This document shows, in pieces, positions 1-10,238 of a stretch of 64,000 nt of DNA. The notes beneath the pieces are model-generated. The model worked only from the letters and a program-made list of their open reading frames with translations. It was not told where the DNA came from and did not search any database. The stretch spans positions 62,001-126,000 of the forward strand of contig CBFFRQ010000057.1 in NCBI GenBank assembly GCA_965644315.1. Direction: 5' to 3'. The translations under genes were made by a program, and so were the position numbers. Each line of letters opens with the position of its first letter. Within the stretch, counting starts at the first letter, position 1. This stretch comes from Caecitellus pseudoparvulus. Its lineage: Eukaryota > Protista > Bigyra: Bicosoecida.

Positions 1-1209
1 GCGAGGGACTGCAGCACGAGCCTGGCCCAGACGCTGATGGAGTACTTGTCCCGGCCCCCCGGGGAGATTGACTGCACGGACGTGTGTCACATGATCCACG
101 AGGTGAAGGATGCCGTTATTCCCATCGTGCAGCCACACATGACTGAGAAGAACTGGAGTAAAATCGGCATTTTGGCGGGGTTCTATGGCTCCCATGAGTT
201 TGCCTCTTTCTTCCTGAACGATCCAGACGTCGCTGAGGAGCGTGCGGCGTTCCTGAGCGTGCTGCAGACGCAGCTCCCGGAGGCTGCTAGGCGGCAGGTG
301 TGCTCCGTCGTCGGCTGCTTTCTGCCGCGCTGCACCATGCCCGGCTCCCTGTACTGTTTCCCACACCACGCTGTGAAGTTCCAGGCGCCCCCCACTCTGG
401 ATGACTTCCTGCGCAACTCGCACTACTGCGCCCTCCTGCGGGAGTGGATGGTCACACAGCAACCCGCCTCCATGCCCCTGCTCGAGTTCTACTTCAAAGC
501 AGAAGACTACGCCGAGGTACGGTCACGCCAGACACTGGCCGCGCGTGCACCCACCCTATGGCGCAAGTACCTCGCCTCGACAGCTTCCACCCGCGCGCCG
601 CTGGGAGACTTTGACGGCGACGCAGAGCTGCGAAGCGCCCTGGAAGCCATCAAGGCTGTGTTGGACGGAAGCACGCCGCCGAAAGCCACCCTCTTTGCTG
701 AAGTGCAAGCCAGGGCGCACGCAGCTCTGGAGGAGGTGTTCCAGGGGCCCTTCAAGGCCAGTGACGCGTATGCTGCGTGGGCGGAGGTGAACACTGGCTT
801 GCCTCTGCCCCAGGTTCCTGCAACGCGTGCGGCGTTGCTGGAACAGCTGGGAATTTCTCAGGAATCTGCCTATGGCATCCTGGCTGCAGCGCCAGGGACG
901 GCTTCGGAGGCAGGCGCGACAGCTGCCCCGGCAGCAGCAGCAGGAGGCGAAGCAGGCGCCGGCAGCACGAGCCTGGCGAGCGCCTTCCTCACCACTGCCG
1001 AAAAGGGAGGCACTGGAGCAGATAGCAGTGTATCAGCGACGTATGCTGGGATGGCTTCTACCGCCGACGTGCACATCATGGCTGGGGGGTACTCCGGTGG
1101 CGCTGCGGCTGCTGAAGAGGGTCCGGGGGGGGGCGCCGCTCCCAGTGAACCTGTGTCGGAGGGTGCTGCTTCAAAAGCCCCCACAAGCGCAACCACCTTT
1201 GATGAATGA
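1..1209 (+). CDS. RGS-domain protein, 3' part (5' end lies before the window)
   Basis: Frame 1 is open from base 1. The segment LDDFLRNSHYCALLREWMVTQ..LLEFYFKAEDY...LWRKYL...LFAEVQARAHAALEE.F..PFKASDAY follows the RGS helix pattern. An Ala/Gly-rich tail follows; stop TGA at 1207-1209. Confidence 0.7.
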   Translation, partial: ARDCSTSLAQTLMEYLSRPPGEIDCTDVCHMIHEVKDAVIPIVQPHMTEKNWSKIGILAGFYGSHEFASFFLNDPDVAEERAAFLSVLQTQLPEAARRQVCSVVGCFLPRCTMPGSLYCFPHHAVKFQAPPTLDDFLRNSHYCALLREWMVTQQPASMPLLEFYFKAEDYAEVRSRQTLAARAPTLWRKYLASTASTRAPLGDFDGDAELRSALEAIKAVLDGSTPPKATLFAEVQARAHAALEEVFQGPFKASDAYAAWAEVNTGLPLPQVPATRAALLEQLGISQESAYGILAAAPGTASEAGATAAPAAAAGGEAGAGSTSLASAFLTTAEKGGTGADSSVSATYAGMASTADVHIMAGGYSGGAAAAEEGPGGGAAPSEPVSEGAASKAPTSATTFDE

Positions 1210-1300
1210 AACAGCCCCCTGCTCCCCGTCTCCGTGGTCTCGTAGGCACGCTTGCTTGGCACTTGGAGAGGTGCGGTATTTGGTCCCCCTCGCCAGCAGC

Positions 1301-2061
1301 ATGACGACCAGCTTCGTCGACAGCAGCGGCGCGCCTCGCCAGCAGGCTGTACACCTCATGCCCTTCTTTGTGGATCATGATGGCCACCACCCTGCGCTTG
1401 TTGGTGGCTTCCCTCACAAGCAGACCGGTGAGCAGTTCTGTCTGAGCAGCGTGGCGGGCGCATTTGAAGCGAATCCAAAGCCACATGACCCCCTCGAGCC
1501 TGTTTCGCAGACGGTGGGGATTTGACGGCGAAGTTTCGCGGCAGAGAGCTCACGGCAAGCCGTGTTGCGCTTCCAGAAGGCGCACAGGGCCGTGTTCTGG
1601 CGCTCTCCAAGGCGCCTGCTGCTCCTCGCCCAAGCAAGAGCTCAGCTGCTGCAAAGAAAGGAAGCTGGCGGAAGCTGCGAGGGCGTGGGAGGTCTGCGTG
1701 GAGTGACGAGAGCGATTCTGGCGAGGAGGGCGCGGAGGCATCTGTGGATGCCGCGCCAGCTGCCGTGGCATCGCTGGCTGACCGCCTGCAAGCCGCCCTT
1801 CGCCCGGACATGGCTTGGGCAAGCGAAACATCTTTCACCACAGTCAACCAATGGTGCGTGCCCGTGCGCACACAGGACGGACGAACAACCTCATGTTCCT
1901 CCCTCGCCCACCCCTTTCGCAGGTTGTGGGATCAAGAGCCTCACGGGAGCGACCATATTCAGCAGTGCGTGACCTGGGTTGGTGTGGCAGGTGCGCTGGC
2001 AGGTCCAGTTTCGGAGGCTGAACTGGATGAAGCCAGCAAACTTTTCCCAGGCGCAAAATAA
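1301..2061 (+). CDS. RNASEH2C: Ribonuclease H2 subunit C (3 exons)
   Basis: Motifs VHLMPFFVDHDG, AKFRGRELT..VALPEG..G, FTTVNQW.WD..P..SD..QCVTW. GT-AG introns 1428-1510 and 1854-1922 give a continuous frame. Confidence 0.82.
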
Positions 2062-2193
2062 ATGCAGCAATCCTGGGTGTTTCCCGCGCTGCTGTTTTGA
2101 CAGTCAACAGTAGACGGGCTTGCAACCTTGCCGCAGCAACCAGTCTGTTTGAATGCCCTTGCAAGCGAGTGGGCCAGCACACACGGCACGAAC

Positions 2194-2760
2194 ATGGCCT
2201 CTGCAGAGCTGCCACCCAAACCAAAGTGGGAGGATGTGCATGCACTTCTCATCAAGCGAGAGGCGCTGTGCGAGCGCTTGTTTGAGCAGCTTGCTCGAGA
2301 GCGTGACGCAGCGTTGCACAGAGCTGCCGCGGCGCAAACTCAGCCAGCGCAGCAGCGCAGCGCCCATGCAAAGCCACACCAAGCCCTGATCGATGCACTG
2401 GAAACAGCACGCATCAGCGAGGAAGCCCTCATGCACCAAGCAACCACCGTGCGCGACTTGACAGAGCGGTGCCTGCAGGCGGAGCAAGCAGCGCAGCAGA
2501 GTGGCAAGCTGCTGGCAGCGGAACGGGCTGCTCACCAAGCCACCCGAGCAGCGCTGGAGGCACACGTAGAGGGCTTGGCGCCAGCAGGCGCTGCTGCAGC
2601 GCCTGTGAAGGATTCCAGCTCCGTTGTGCGGCTTGCTGCACTGCAGTCTGAGCTAGCTGCACTTCGGGAGACATGCGCGCAGCAGCAGGCGAAGTTGGAC
2701 ACCTTGGGGCGCCTGCTGCGATCTCGTCGGGGTTCCAAGCGCAAGGGGCAGGCGCCATGA
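2194..2760 (+). CDS. Hypothetical coiled-coil protein (188 aa)
   Basis: ATG at 2194, heptad-rich Ala/Leu/Gln/Glu sequence, basic C-terminus RSRRGSKRK. Fills the gap between two recognisable genes. Confidence 0.55.
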   Translation: MASAELPPKPKWEDVHALLIKREALCERLFEQLARERDAALHRAAAAQTQPAQQRSAHAKPHQALIDALETARISEEALMHQATTVRDLTERCLQAEQAAQQSGKLLAAERAAHQATRAALEAHVEGLAPAGAAAAPVKDSSSVVRLAALQSELAALRETCAQQQAKLDTLGRLLRSRRGSKRKGQAP

Positions 2761-2924
2761 CCCTTGCCGCTGCGGGGAGGGGGGGGGGCGCTTCCCGCTT
2801 GCAGCCGAGTTTGAGGCTGCTCGGAGCAGCTCCTCCAGTGGGAAAAAACACTCTCTCCCCGTGCCTGCGTTGCTCCCGGCTCGCCTTTGCCGTCGAATGA
2901 AGTCCACAACCCCATAGTTCTACC

Positions 2925-4359
2925 ATGCTGAGCCTCGTGTCTCGAGCGGCTGCGCGCGGTGCCGCGTGCGCCGCGGCGCTGCCCTCCAGCCTCATGCCAG
3001 GCGCCCAGGCAGCATGGCTGCACTCCTCTCCCGCTGTGTGGGCAGACGAGGCAGCCTTTTTGAAGGCAAAGGAGGCCATCACTGCTGTGCCCTCTGTTGA
3101 CAACATGGACAAGTTGAAGTTGTATGCCCTGTTCAAGCAGGCAACTGTGGGGGCGAACGACACAAAGGCCCCAGGCATGCTGGACTTTGTGGTGCGGCCA
3201 AGTGCAGTGCAGCACCCAACTTCCGCTCGTGCCTCACTTCGCTGCCTTGCGATTGCAGGGGAAGGCAAAGTGGGACGCGTGGACCAAGCTTGGGGATATG
3301 AGCAAGGAAGATGCCATGCAGGCCTACATTGACACTGCGAAGGTGAGGCTCTCAGGCCTCGCCTGCCTGCCCGGCGTGTCGGGATATTCCCTCCCCCTTG
3401 CCCCGCACCCGCCCGCCCCCGTCCACGTAGCGCAGAGCCTGGGAGCTGACGTTGACGGGACCGGTAGCAGCTCTGCAGCTGCAGCAGATGCACCCGCTGC
3501 TTCGCCAGGGGAGTACACCGCCATCAAAGTGGACGTGTCCGACCGCGTCATGACCATCACGATGGACCGCCCATCCAAGCGGAATGCCATCACCTTCGAG
3601 ATGTACATGGAGATTCAGGCGGCCATGGATGCTGCCGCAGCGGACGACTCGGTTTCTGTTGTGGTGCTTACGGGCTCTGGCGAGTTTTACTCTGCAGGCA
3701 ACGACCTGTCCAACTTCACCAAGGCCATGCCGCCAGGCGGCCCGGCAGAGTTGGCAGAGCAGGCAGCTGTGGTGCTGGAGGGCTTCGTGGGGAAGTTCAT
3801 CGACTTCCCCAAGGTGCTGGTTGCGGCGGTGAACGGCCCTGCCGTTGGCATCCCAGTGACCACGTTGGCCCTGTGCGACATCGTGTACGCCAGCTCCACA
3901 GCCACCTTCCACACCCCCTTCACGGCCCTGGGGCAGTCTCCCGAAGCCTGTTCCAGCGTCTTATTCCCCGCCATCATGGGCCCCTCGCGGGCCAACGAGC
4001 TGCTGCTATTCGGCAAGAAGATAGACGGTAAGTGTCTGGTTGATGCGCTGCCCAGCTCGCCCACACAACGCTCACGCACGCCCCCCTCCGCTCTGTTTCC
4101 AGCCGAGACTGCAGCACAATGGGGGCTGGTCTCCGAGGTCTTCGAGGCTTCGTCGTTCCAGGAGCAGGTGAGCGCCAAGGTGAAGGCTGGCGCGGCGCTG
4201 TTTCCGCAGAGCATGAAGCTGAGCAAGGGCATCATTCGGCAGCATGACCGCGAAGCCCTCCATGCAGCCAACAAGGAAGAGGTGGCCCTCATCAAGACCC
4301 GGTGGGTCAGCGACGAGTGCATGCAGGCCATCATGAACTTCATGAACCGCAAGAAGTAG
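2925..4359 (+). CDS. ECI2: Acyl-CoA-binding domain + enoyl-CoA delta isomerase (crotonase family), with mitochondrial presequence
   Basis: ACBP motifs KLKLYALFKQATVG, PGMLDFVGKAKWDAW, MSKEDAMQAYI. Crotonase motifs YSAGNDLSNF, AAVNGPAVGI, FHTPFTALGQSPEACSS. Introns 3192-3258, 3343-3435, 4028-4102. Arg/Ala/Ser-rich N-terminus. Confidence 0.92.
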
Positions 4360-4542
4360 GCGCTGCAGGCGCCTGGAGAGCTGAGGGCCAGCGACACCAA
4401 TGCAGCGCCAGCTTGCATGGTAGAATAGTTATGGGGTGCTTGTCTCCCAAACGTGCTTGCAGGGAGCAGGGCATCAGTGAACACAGCAGCATGCATTGAA
4501 CGGGCGCACACCGGACAACAGGAATTGCGTCGCACAGGCAGC

Positions 4543-5396
4543 TCAAGACTCGGCCCACGCGTTGTCGGCACGGATCTTAGCCTCCTCTTCGGGTGAAAAG
4601 TCCTTCTCAAGACGGAAGGCCTCCTTGTACTCTTCCATGGACATAGCCTTGATCAGGGTGGCGATCTTGCCGCACACCAGTAGAGTCATGGGGTGCACGC
4701 TCAGCTCCTCGGAGTGCTGCAAAGAAAAGAAGGAAAGCAGTGTAGCAAGCGGTTCCCGTGTGCCTTGACTCGAGGCAGCAAGCGCCGCCGGGGACGGCAC
4801 CTCGTGTGCCGCAACGCGGGCTCAAATGTGCTGTGCCTGCGCAGCAAGCCAGTGCGCTGGCAACTACTCACCCTTGCGTAAGCGAAGAGGTCGTCGCGGG
4901 ACAGAGAGTCCACCCACTCAACAGACCAGGCTGGGAAGTTGTGCTCAGCCAAGTTGGGGGACGACAGGGGCTGTGCGGGGCAGGGCACGGGACGTGCGCT
5001 GTTGAAGCCGCTTGCGCCGGAAGTGGCCGTACACACCTTGGGGATGAGCTTGGCCTTGCCCTCGCCCTGGGGGCCGAATGGGTCGGGGTGCTCAATCTCG
5101 GCGACGGGGATGGGGTTCTCCTTGTTCTTGGTGAAGAAGTCGACGACCTTGGTGAGCACTGCAGCGCGGGAGGGGCGACGGAGCGTGCTTTGCGCGATGC
5201 AGAAACCGGGCGGGCTCACTTGGCGTGGTGGCACTGGCGCAAAGCACGAACCTGTGGCGTCCATGGAGAAGATCTCCACAGCATCCTCACTGCCAATGCC
5301 AGCCTGCTCCTTCAAGTACTCGCTCTGCTCATACTGATCCTTGGACAGAGTGAACTCCTGGCCGTCGTTGGACTTGATGGTGAGGGTGTCAGCCAT
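4543..5396 (-). CDS. SKP1: Skp1-family protein (divergent)
   Basis: LTIKSNDGQEF, VLTKVVDF, and CGKIATLIK...AFRLEKDFSPEEEAKIRADNAW. Introns 5251-5159, 5036-4971, 4871-4717. Confidence 0.85.
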
Positions 5397-5816
5397 GCTA
5401 GCGGTTGTGGTAGGGCGGCGGTGCGAGGCGAAGACAACAGTGTGTCACGGCCAGGGCTGCTCAGCTGAGTCTGGTTAGCGGCATTTGGTCAGGCATGTTG
5501 CGTTTTGTATAGCGCGGGTCGGTTCGTCGAGGATGGAGCAGTGGCTTTCGTCGAGGGGGAGGGGGGTCAGCCTCAGCTTGAGGGGGGTTCCGCCTCCAGG
5601 CATCGTCTCACACAGGCTGCGTGTGCAAGGCCCAGCCAAACTGCCACCTCAAAGAACCACAAAAGGCCGGGTGAGAGACATGCTCGGTCGATTTTGTCCT
5701 TGCTGGGGGGTGTTGAAACTCTGCCTTGCGCGGCAGCAGTGCCGCGTTTTGCGCCACGCAGAACGGTGCGTTGAGCTGGAGTTTCAGATTGGAAACTCGC
5801 CTGCATTCAAGGCAGC

Positions 5817-8800
5817 ATGGCGTCCGCTGAACAGCACAATGCGGCTGAAGCTGAAAGCATTGCTGCCACACTTAAGACAGCTCTGAGTACAGCTGCTTCC
5901 TCCCCAAGCAGCAGCTCTCAAACAGGCCTGCACCACGAAGCTGGCTGGGTGAAAAGTGCGGAGCTGGCAGGTCACTCCCACCACCTCACTGCCAAAGCAT
6001 GGGAGGTCCTCCAGAGAAGTCATGAAGATAATGTGGCACAAGACTCCGAGGTTGACTTTCCGGAGCCAGGCCTGGTGCCTCCGCAAACGTTTGACGTGCT
6101 GCTGCGAGCTCGTAGTAGGGTGGATGCCGCCATCTCAGCGTTGCTGCCTACCAGCAGCGCGGAGGTTGAGGAGGAAGCTGCGAGCGGTGCAGCCACTCTC
6201 AAGGCCCTCTCTCGCGCCCTTCCCAGGTGTAGGAATGTCGAAGAGTACAAGGAGTGCGTGTGCCTGGCCGCCGGCAGCACTCCTCACGGGCCAGCAGACA
6301 TCGAAGTGCCGCACTCTGACGTGGCTACGGTGCCCGGGTCGCGGAAGACTGGTCACTCATCCATCGGACCAGTGTACTGGCCACAAGAGCGGCCAGCGAC
6401 AGATTCTGTAGGGCTTCGGCAGTGCAGCCTCGGTTGGCTGCCGGGCGAGATGCCGCGTGCCTTGCTCGTGCTGCCAGACGGCAAGGAGGTGGAGGACTGC
6501 GAAGCGCTGCAGACGTCTGTTCCCGAGCCGCAGCTTGTTTCTCTGGATGTGTTCTTGGAGCAGTTCATTGCCGCGGCGGTCATCGACGATTCCCGCCACC
6601 GCAGGGTGTTGGTGAATGGTGCTGAGGTTCGGGACACGGGGGAAGGGCTCCTTCGGAGCACCGTGGCAAGCCTTGCCGGCGCTCTTCAGGCAGAGGATCC
6701 GGCATTGGCTACATCCACTGCCTTCGTCCTTGCCTGTAGCATTGCGATGCAAGGACTCAGCATGTCTCACGCTCACATGCTGTGTCAGGACAGCGTAGCC
6801 ACCCTTGGGTGTCCGACCCTCGTGAGCATCACTCCGAAGGCTTCCCGCCGCATCTCCACTTTCCATGTCGCGTCAGGGAGACATGCAGGCGGTTGGGGGA
6901 CGTATGTTCGTTCTGCAATGATGCAGCCTCTGCGCGTCGAGCCGCTTGATGAAGGTGGTGAGCCGATTGCGAGCATCGAAGCCACGTACATTGTCACAAC
7001 AGCCATCAGCCAGGACCTGCGCCCGGAAGCTCTGCGCAGCATTCAGGAGGCGGGATTAAATCCGTCAGGGTCCCTTGCGCCTGTGACTGTGGCACGCATG
7101 GCAACCACTGTGGACGCAGCCAGCCACCTGCATGTCGCTTTCCTGAACGTTCCGGAGGAAGGTGCCCAGCAGGAGGCCCTCGAGCAGGCAATAGTTAGGG
7201 ACGCAGAGACCGAGCAGCCCACTCAAGGGCTGGAAGACTTCCTCAGAGCCATGGAGCGCAGGAAAGCTTCAGAAGGACAGGCCCTACCCATGCACACGAC
7301 AGCCTTCTCATGGGGAAGGGGGGACTATGGTGCCCTTGGTCATGCAGGATTCTCACCGAGGGAATATCCTGAAGCGGTGCCATTCCCCGCGACACTGGGA
7401 TTTGTTCGCATCCAGTGCATCAGCTGCAGCTGGTTTCATTCAGCTGCGGTGAGCGACATGGGGATGCTCTACACTTGGGGCTCGGGCAGCGACGGGGCGC
7501 TGGGTCACGGGAACACGAGCAGCGTGACCTCGCCTCTGCCAGTGGATTTCTTCGGCGCGGAACACCCCCTGAGTGCTGTAGCAGTTGCCTGTGGCTCTGA
7601 TGTTGGAGGCGCACACACTCTCGTCATAGCGAGAGGTCGTTTGTCAGAAGACCAAGCTGCCGCAGCCAGCGGGCCCAGAGTCTTTGCATTCGGCTTCGGA
7701 CCAGCTCTTGGTATCGGGTCCACTGCCGACTCCCTCAGGCCGACAGAGGTAGTGCACCCAGACTGGAAAGGGGACTCCCCGCACCTACTCACAGCTGGTG
7801 GAAGCTTTTCCGTAGCCGTCACACGCTCAGGCGCAGCGTATTCTTGGGGCAAGTGGGCGTCCGGCAGGCTAGGGCATGGTCCGATCCCGCAGCGCCGGCG
7901 GTCCGGGGAGCCGGCCTACCTGTTGCGGCCCCAGCAAGTGGATCTACTACGGGGGACTCGTCTTTTGGATGTGGCTGCAGGGGAAGCGCATGTTGTTGCA
8001 GTGGATTCTCACGGTTTCTTGTGGACTTGGGGGGCCGGCGGCGCAGGACAGCTTGGCGACGGGCTGGGAGCTGACTCCATGGTCCCCACAAGGCTCACTG
8101 TGGAGGAATGCCCCGACCAATCCGATGCTATGGATCAGTCGCCAGTGGACTCGCACACACCACATGTAGCAGAGCAGGTTGACGCATCTATCACAGGGGC
8201 AGGGAGCGACATGGAAACGGCCCGGAGCGAGGATGGGGATGAAGCCCAGCAGAGCCGGGCACAGCACGCGCTACGATTTGTACATGTTGCTGCTGGAAGA
8301 TCACACTCTCTTGCGATTTCAGCATCGGGCGGGTTGTATTCGTGGGGAGGGGGTGGGGGGAGCATGCTCGGCCATGGTGACGCCCTGCAGCGGGTCAGCG
8401 CTGCAGAAGACCAAGCGCTGGCAGAAGGAGCCGTGGTGAGTTTATGGTCTGCAAGGCTTCCAGGCACCGTCTGGAATCGACCCTGGCTCAGGCCACGCCG
8501 TGTGCAAGCCCTTTGTGGAACGGAGGGCTCATCCGGATGCGGCATTGTCGCAGCTGACGGCGGGGCGGAGCACTCCGTTGCAGTCACTGCCAGTGGGGAA
8601 GTATTCAGCTGGGGATCTGGCCCCGCTTGTGGCCTGGGTTCAGCCACTCCTGTCCTTGTACCCAGCCTCGTTTCTGGGGCGGCGTCAGCGGCCCTTCTGA
8701 GCTACAACGAGCACGGCGAATTGACAGCAGCAGCGTCCCCGCGTGACGCCAGCCGGTCGTTTGGGCAAGAACTGGCATACCTCATTGCCACCTCTGGGTG

Positions 8801-10223
8801 GCATACTTTAGCCGTCTCTGTGGGATCAAACATGGGATGTGACCTGCAACTGGCCACACCTCCCGGAGTGTCCTCTCAGCTGGTCGGTTTCCACCAACGA
8901 ACACTGGCTGCCATGGCCGCCAGCGCGGAGCCCAGCGAGCTAGGTGAAGACGACATCGACGGCGCGTCCACGGTAAGCAAGGTGGCTTCCTTTCTGACCA
9001 CAGACAGGGCGGTGGGCGGACACGATGTGCTCCTCCGTGTGGAAGACAGTCAGCTGCCGGCTCACAAAGCTCTGCTTGCGTGCCGCTCCAAGCGGTTCGC
9101 GGAGCTGCTCGAGGAAGAGGAGATAGCAGACCACGTGACTGAACTCACCTTGCCTGACGTGTCGTGGCAGGTACTGCTGCTCATGCTGGAGTTCATTTAC
9201 ACCGACAACATTTGTGTCCCGCTGACGCCGCTAACACCACACCTCCCTGAGCTCGCGCTTGCTGCAGAGGCCTACCACATTCCTGGGCTTCTGGAAAGCT
9301 GTCGTGCACTGCAGGCGTCCTCTGTTGCAAAACAACACAGGGAAGGTGATGGGTTTGCTGCAGGAGCAGCCTGGTCTGTCGGGACGCGCTCCCTTGCACC
9401 TGACCTGGCAAGCTCGCTCTTGACCCCAACGTGGGCGGACTCGGTGTTCGTCGCTGACGGCGAACGCCTTCTAGCACACCGAGCCATCGTGTGCAGCCGC
9501 TCCCAATTCTTCTCTGTTCTGTTTCAGGAAATCAGTGCGACGGCAGCGGGCGAAGCAAAGAGCACTACCCTCGTCGAGGTGGAGGTGCCTGACTCCAAGT
9601 GGGGTTTTCAGCGCCTGCTCGCCTTCTTGTACACATCAGAGCTGCCCCCTGTCACAGACTCTTTCTTGGCAGCGTGTGGGATGGAGAGTGAAACAGAGGT
9701 GCTCCTACAGGACCTCCTGCTCGCCGACCGATACTCGTTGCAGAGAATGAAGAGCGCCTGCGAATCCTGCATTGGACTGACGTACAGAAATGCGTGCAAG
9801 GTGCTGGAGATCGCAGATCTGGTTAGCGCTCCTCGTCTCAGAGAACGAGCCTTGTCGTTCATCACGTCTCATGTCGCTCAAGTGGCTGCATCGCCTGCCT
9901 TTGTTCACCTTCAACGAGAAGCACCGCAGCTGCTGGTGGAGGTTCAAGCACGCATACGGCAGCGAAACACGACGTACGTGGCACCACCAGCACCCTTGAA
10001 GACGGCTTTGCAAGCAGCAGCGGAGAAAGAACAGGAAGAGCAAGACGAACTGTTCTCTGTTCAGCCGCTTCCCTGGTGGGTGCTTCTCGCCGTGGTGTGT
10101 CTGGGGGTGCTGTACAGCTACGTCGCCGTGTTCAACACCTCCTTTGGTTTCGTAGTCCCTGCTCTAAACGTTGTCGTGCTGTTGGGAGCAGTGGCCGCGG
10201 CCTTGCGCAGCATGGGTGAGTGA
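5817..10223 (+). CDS. RCC1-repeat + two BTB/POZ domain protein (IBtk/RCBTB-like) with C-terminal hydrophobic hairpin
   Basis: Multiple RCC1 repeats (FSWGRGDYGALGH, YTWGSGSDGALGHG, WTWGAGGAGQLGDG). Two BTB domains (AHKALLACRSKRF...LEFIYTD; AHRAIVCSRSQFF...LAFLYTS), a BACK-like segment and two hydrophobic helices at the end. Single exon, 1468 aa. Confidence 0.88.
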   Translation: MASAEQHNAAEAESIAATLKTALSTAASSPSSSSQTGLHHEAGWVKSAELAGHSHHLTAKAWEVLQRSHEDNVAQDSEVDFPEPGLVPPQTFDVLLRARSRVDAAISALLPTSSAEVEEEAASGAATLKALSRALPRCRNVEEYKECVCLAAGSTPHGPADIEVPHSDVATVPGSRKTGHSSIGPVYWPQERPATDSVGLRQCSLGWLPGEMPRALLVLPDGKEVEDCEALQTSVPEPQLVSLDVFLEQFIAAAVIDDSRHRRVLVNGAEVRDTGEGLLRSTVASLAGALQAEDPALATSTAFVLACSIAMQGLSMSHAHMLCQDSVATLGCPTLVSITPKASRRISTFHVASGRHAGGWGTYVRSAMMQPLRVEPLDEGGEPIASIEATYIVTTAISQDLRPEALRSIQEAGLNPSGSLAPVTVARMATTVDAASHLHVAFLNVPEEGAQQEALEQAIVRDAETEQPTQGLEDFLRAMERRKASEGQALPMHTTAFSWGRGDYGALGHAGFSPREYPEAVPFPATLGFVRIQCISCSWFHSAAVSDMGMLYTWGSGSDGALGHGNTSSVTSPLPVDFFGAEHPLSAVAVACGSDVGGAHTLVIARGRLSEDQAAAASGPRVFAFGFGPALGIGSTADSLRPTEVVHPDWKGDSPHLLTAGGSFSVAVTRSGAAYSWGKWASGRLGHGPIPQRRRSGEPAYLLRPQQVDLLRGTRLLDVAAGEAHVVAVDSHGFLWTWGAGGAGQLGDGLGADSMVPTRLTVEECPDQSDAMDQSPVDSHTPHVAEQVDASITGAGSDMETARSEDGDEAQQSRAQHALRFVHVAAGRSHSLAISASGGLYSWGGGGGSMLGHGDALQRVSAAEDQALAEGAVVSLWSARLPGTVWNRPWLRPRRVQALCGTEGSSGCGIVAADGGAEHSVAVTASGEVFSWGSGPACGLGSATPVLVPSLVSGAASAALLSYNEHGELTAAASPRDASRSFGQELAYLIATSGWHTLAVSVGSNMGCDLQLATPPGVSSQLVGFHQRTLAAMAASAEPSELGEDDIDGASTVSKVASFLTTDRAVGGHDVLLRVEDSQLPAHKALLACRSKRFAELLEEEEIADHVTELTLPDVSWQVLLLMLEFIYTDNICVPLTPLTPHLPELALAAEAYHIPGLLESCRALQASSVAKQHREGDGFAAGAAWSVGTRSLAPDLASSLLTPTWADSVFVADGERLLAHRAIVCSRSQFFSVLFQEISATAAGEAKSTTLVEVEVPDSKWGFQRLLAFLYTSELPPVTDSFLAACGMESETEVLLQDLLLADRYSLQRMKSACESCIGLTYRNACKVLEIADLVSAPRLRERALSFITSHVAQVAASPAFVHLQREAPQLLVEVQARIRQRNTTYVAPPAPLKTALQAAAEKEQEEQDELFSVQPLPWWVLLAVVCLGVLYSYVAVFNTSFGFVVPALNVVVLLGAVAAALRSMGE

Positions 10224-10238
10224 CAGTGCTTGCATTGG

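Noticed and set aside
1854-5251. Apparent excess of in-frame, stop-free introns (5 of the first 8)
   Set aside because: Across the window 8 of 26 inferred introns are 3n, about the expected third, and high GC explains the lack of stops.
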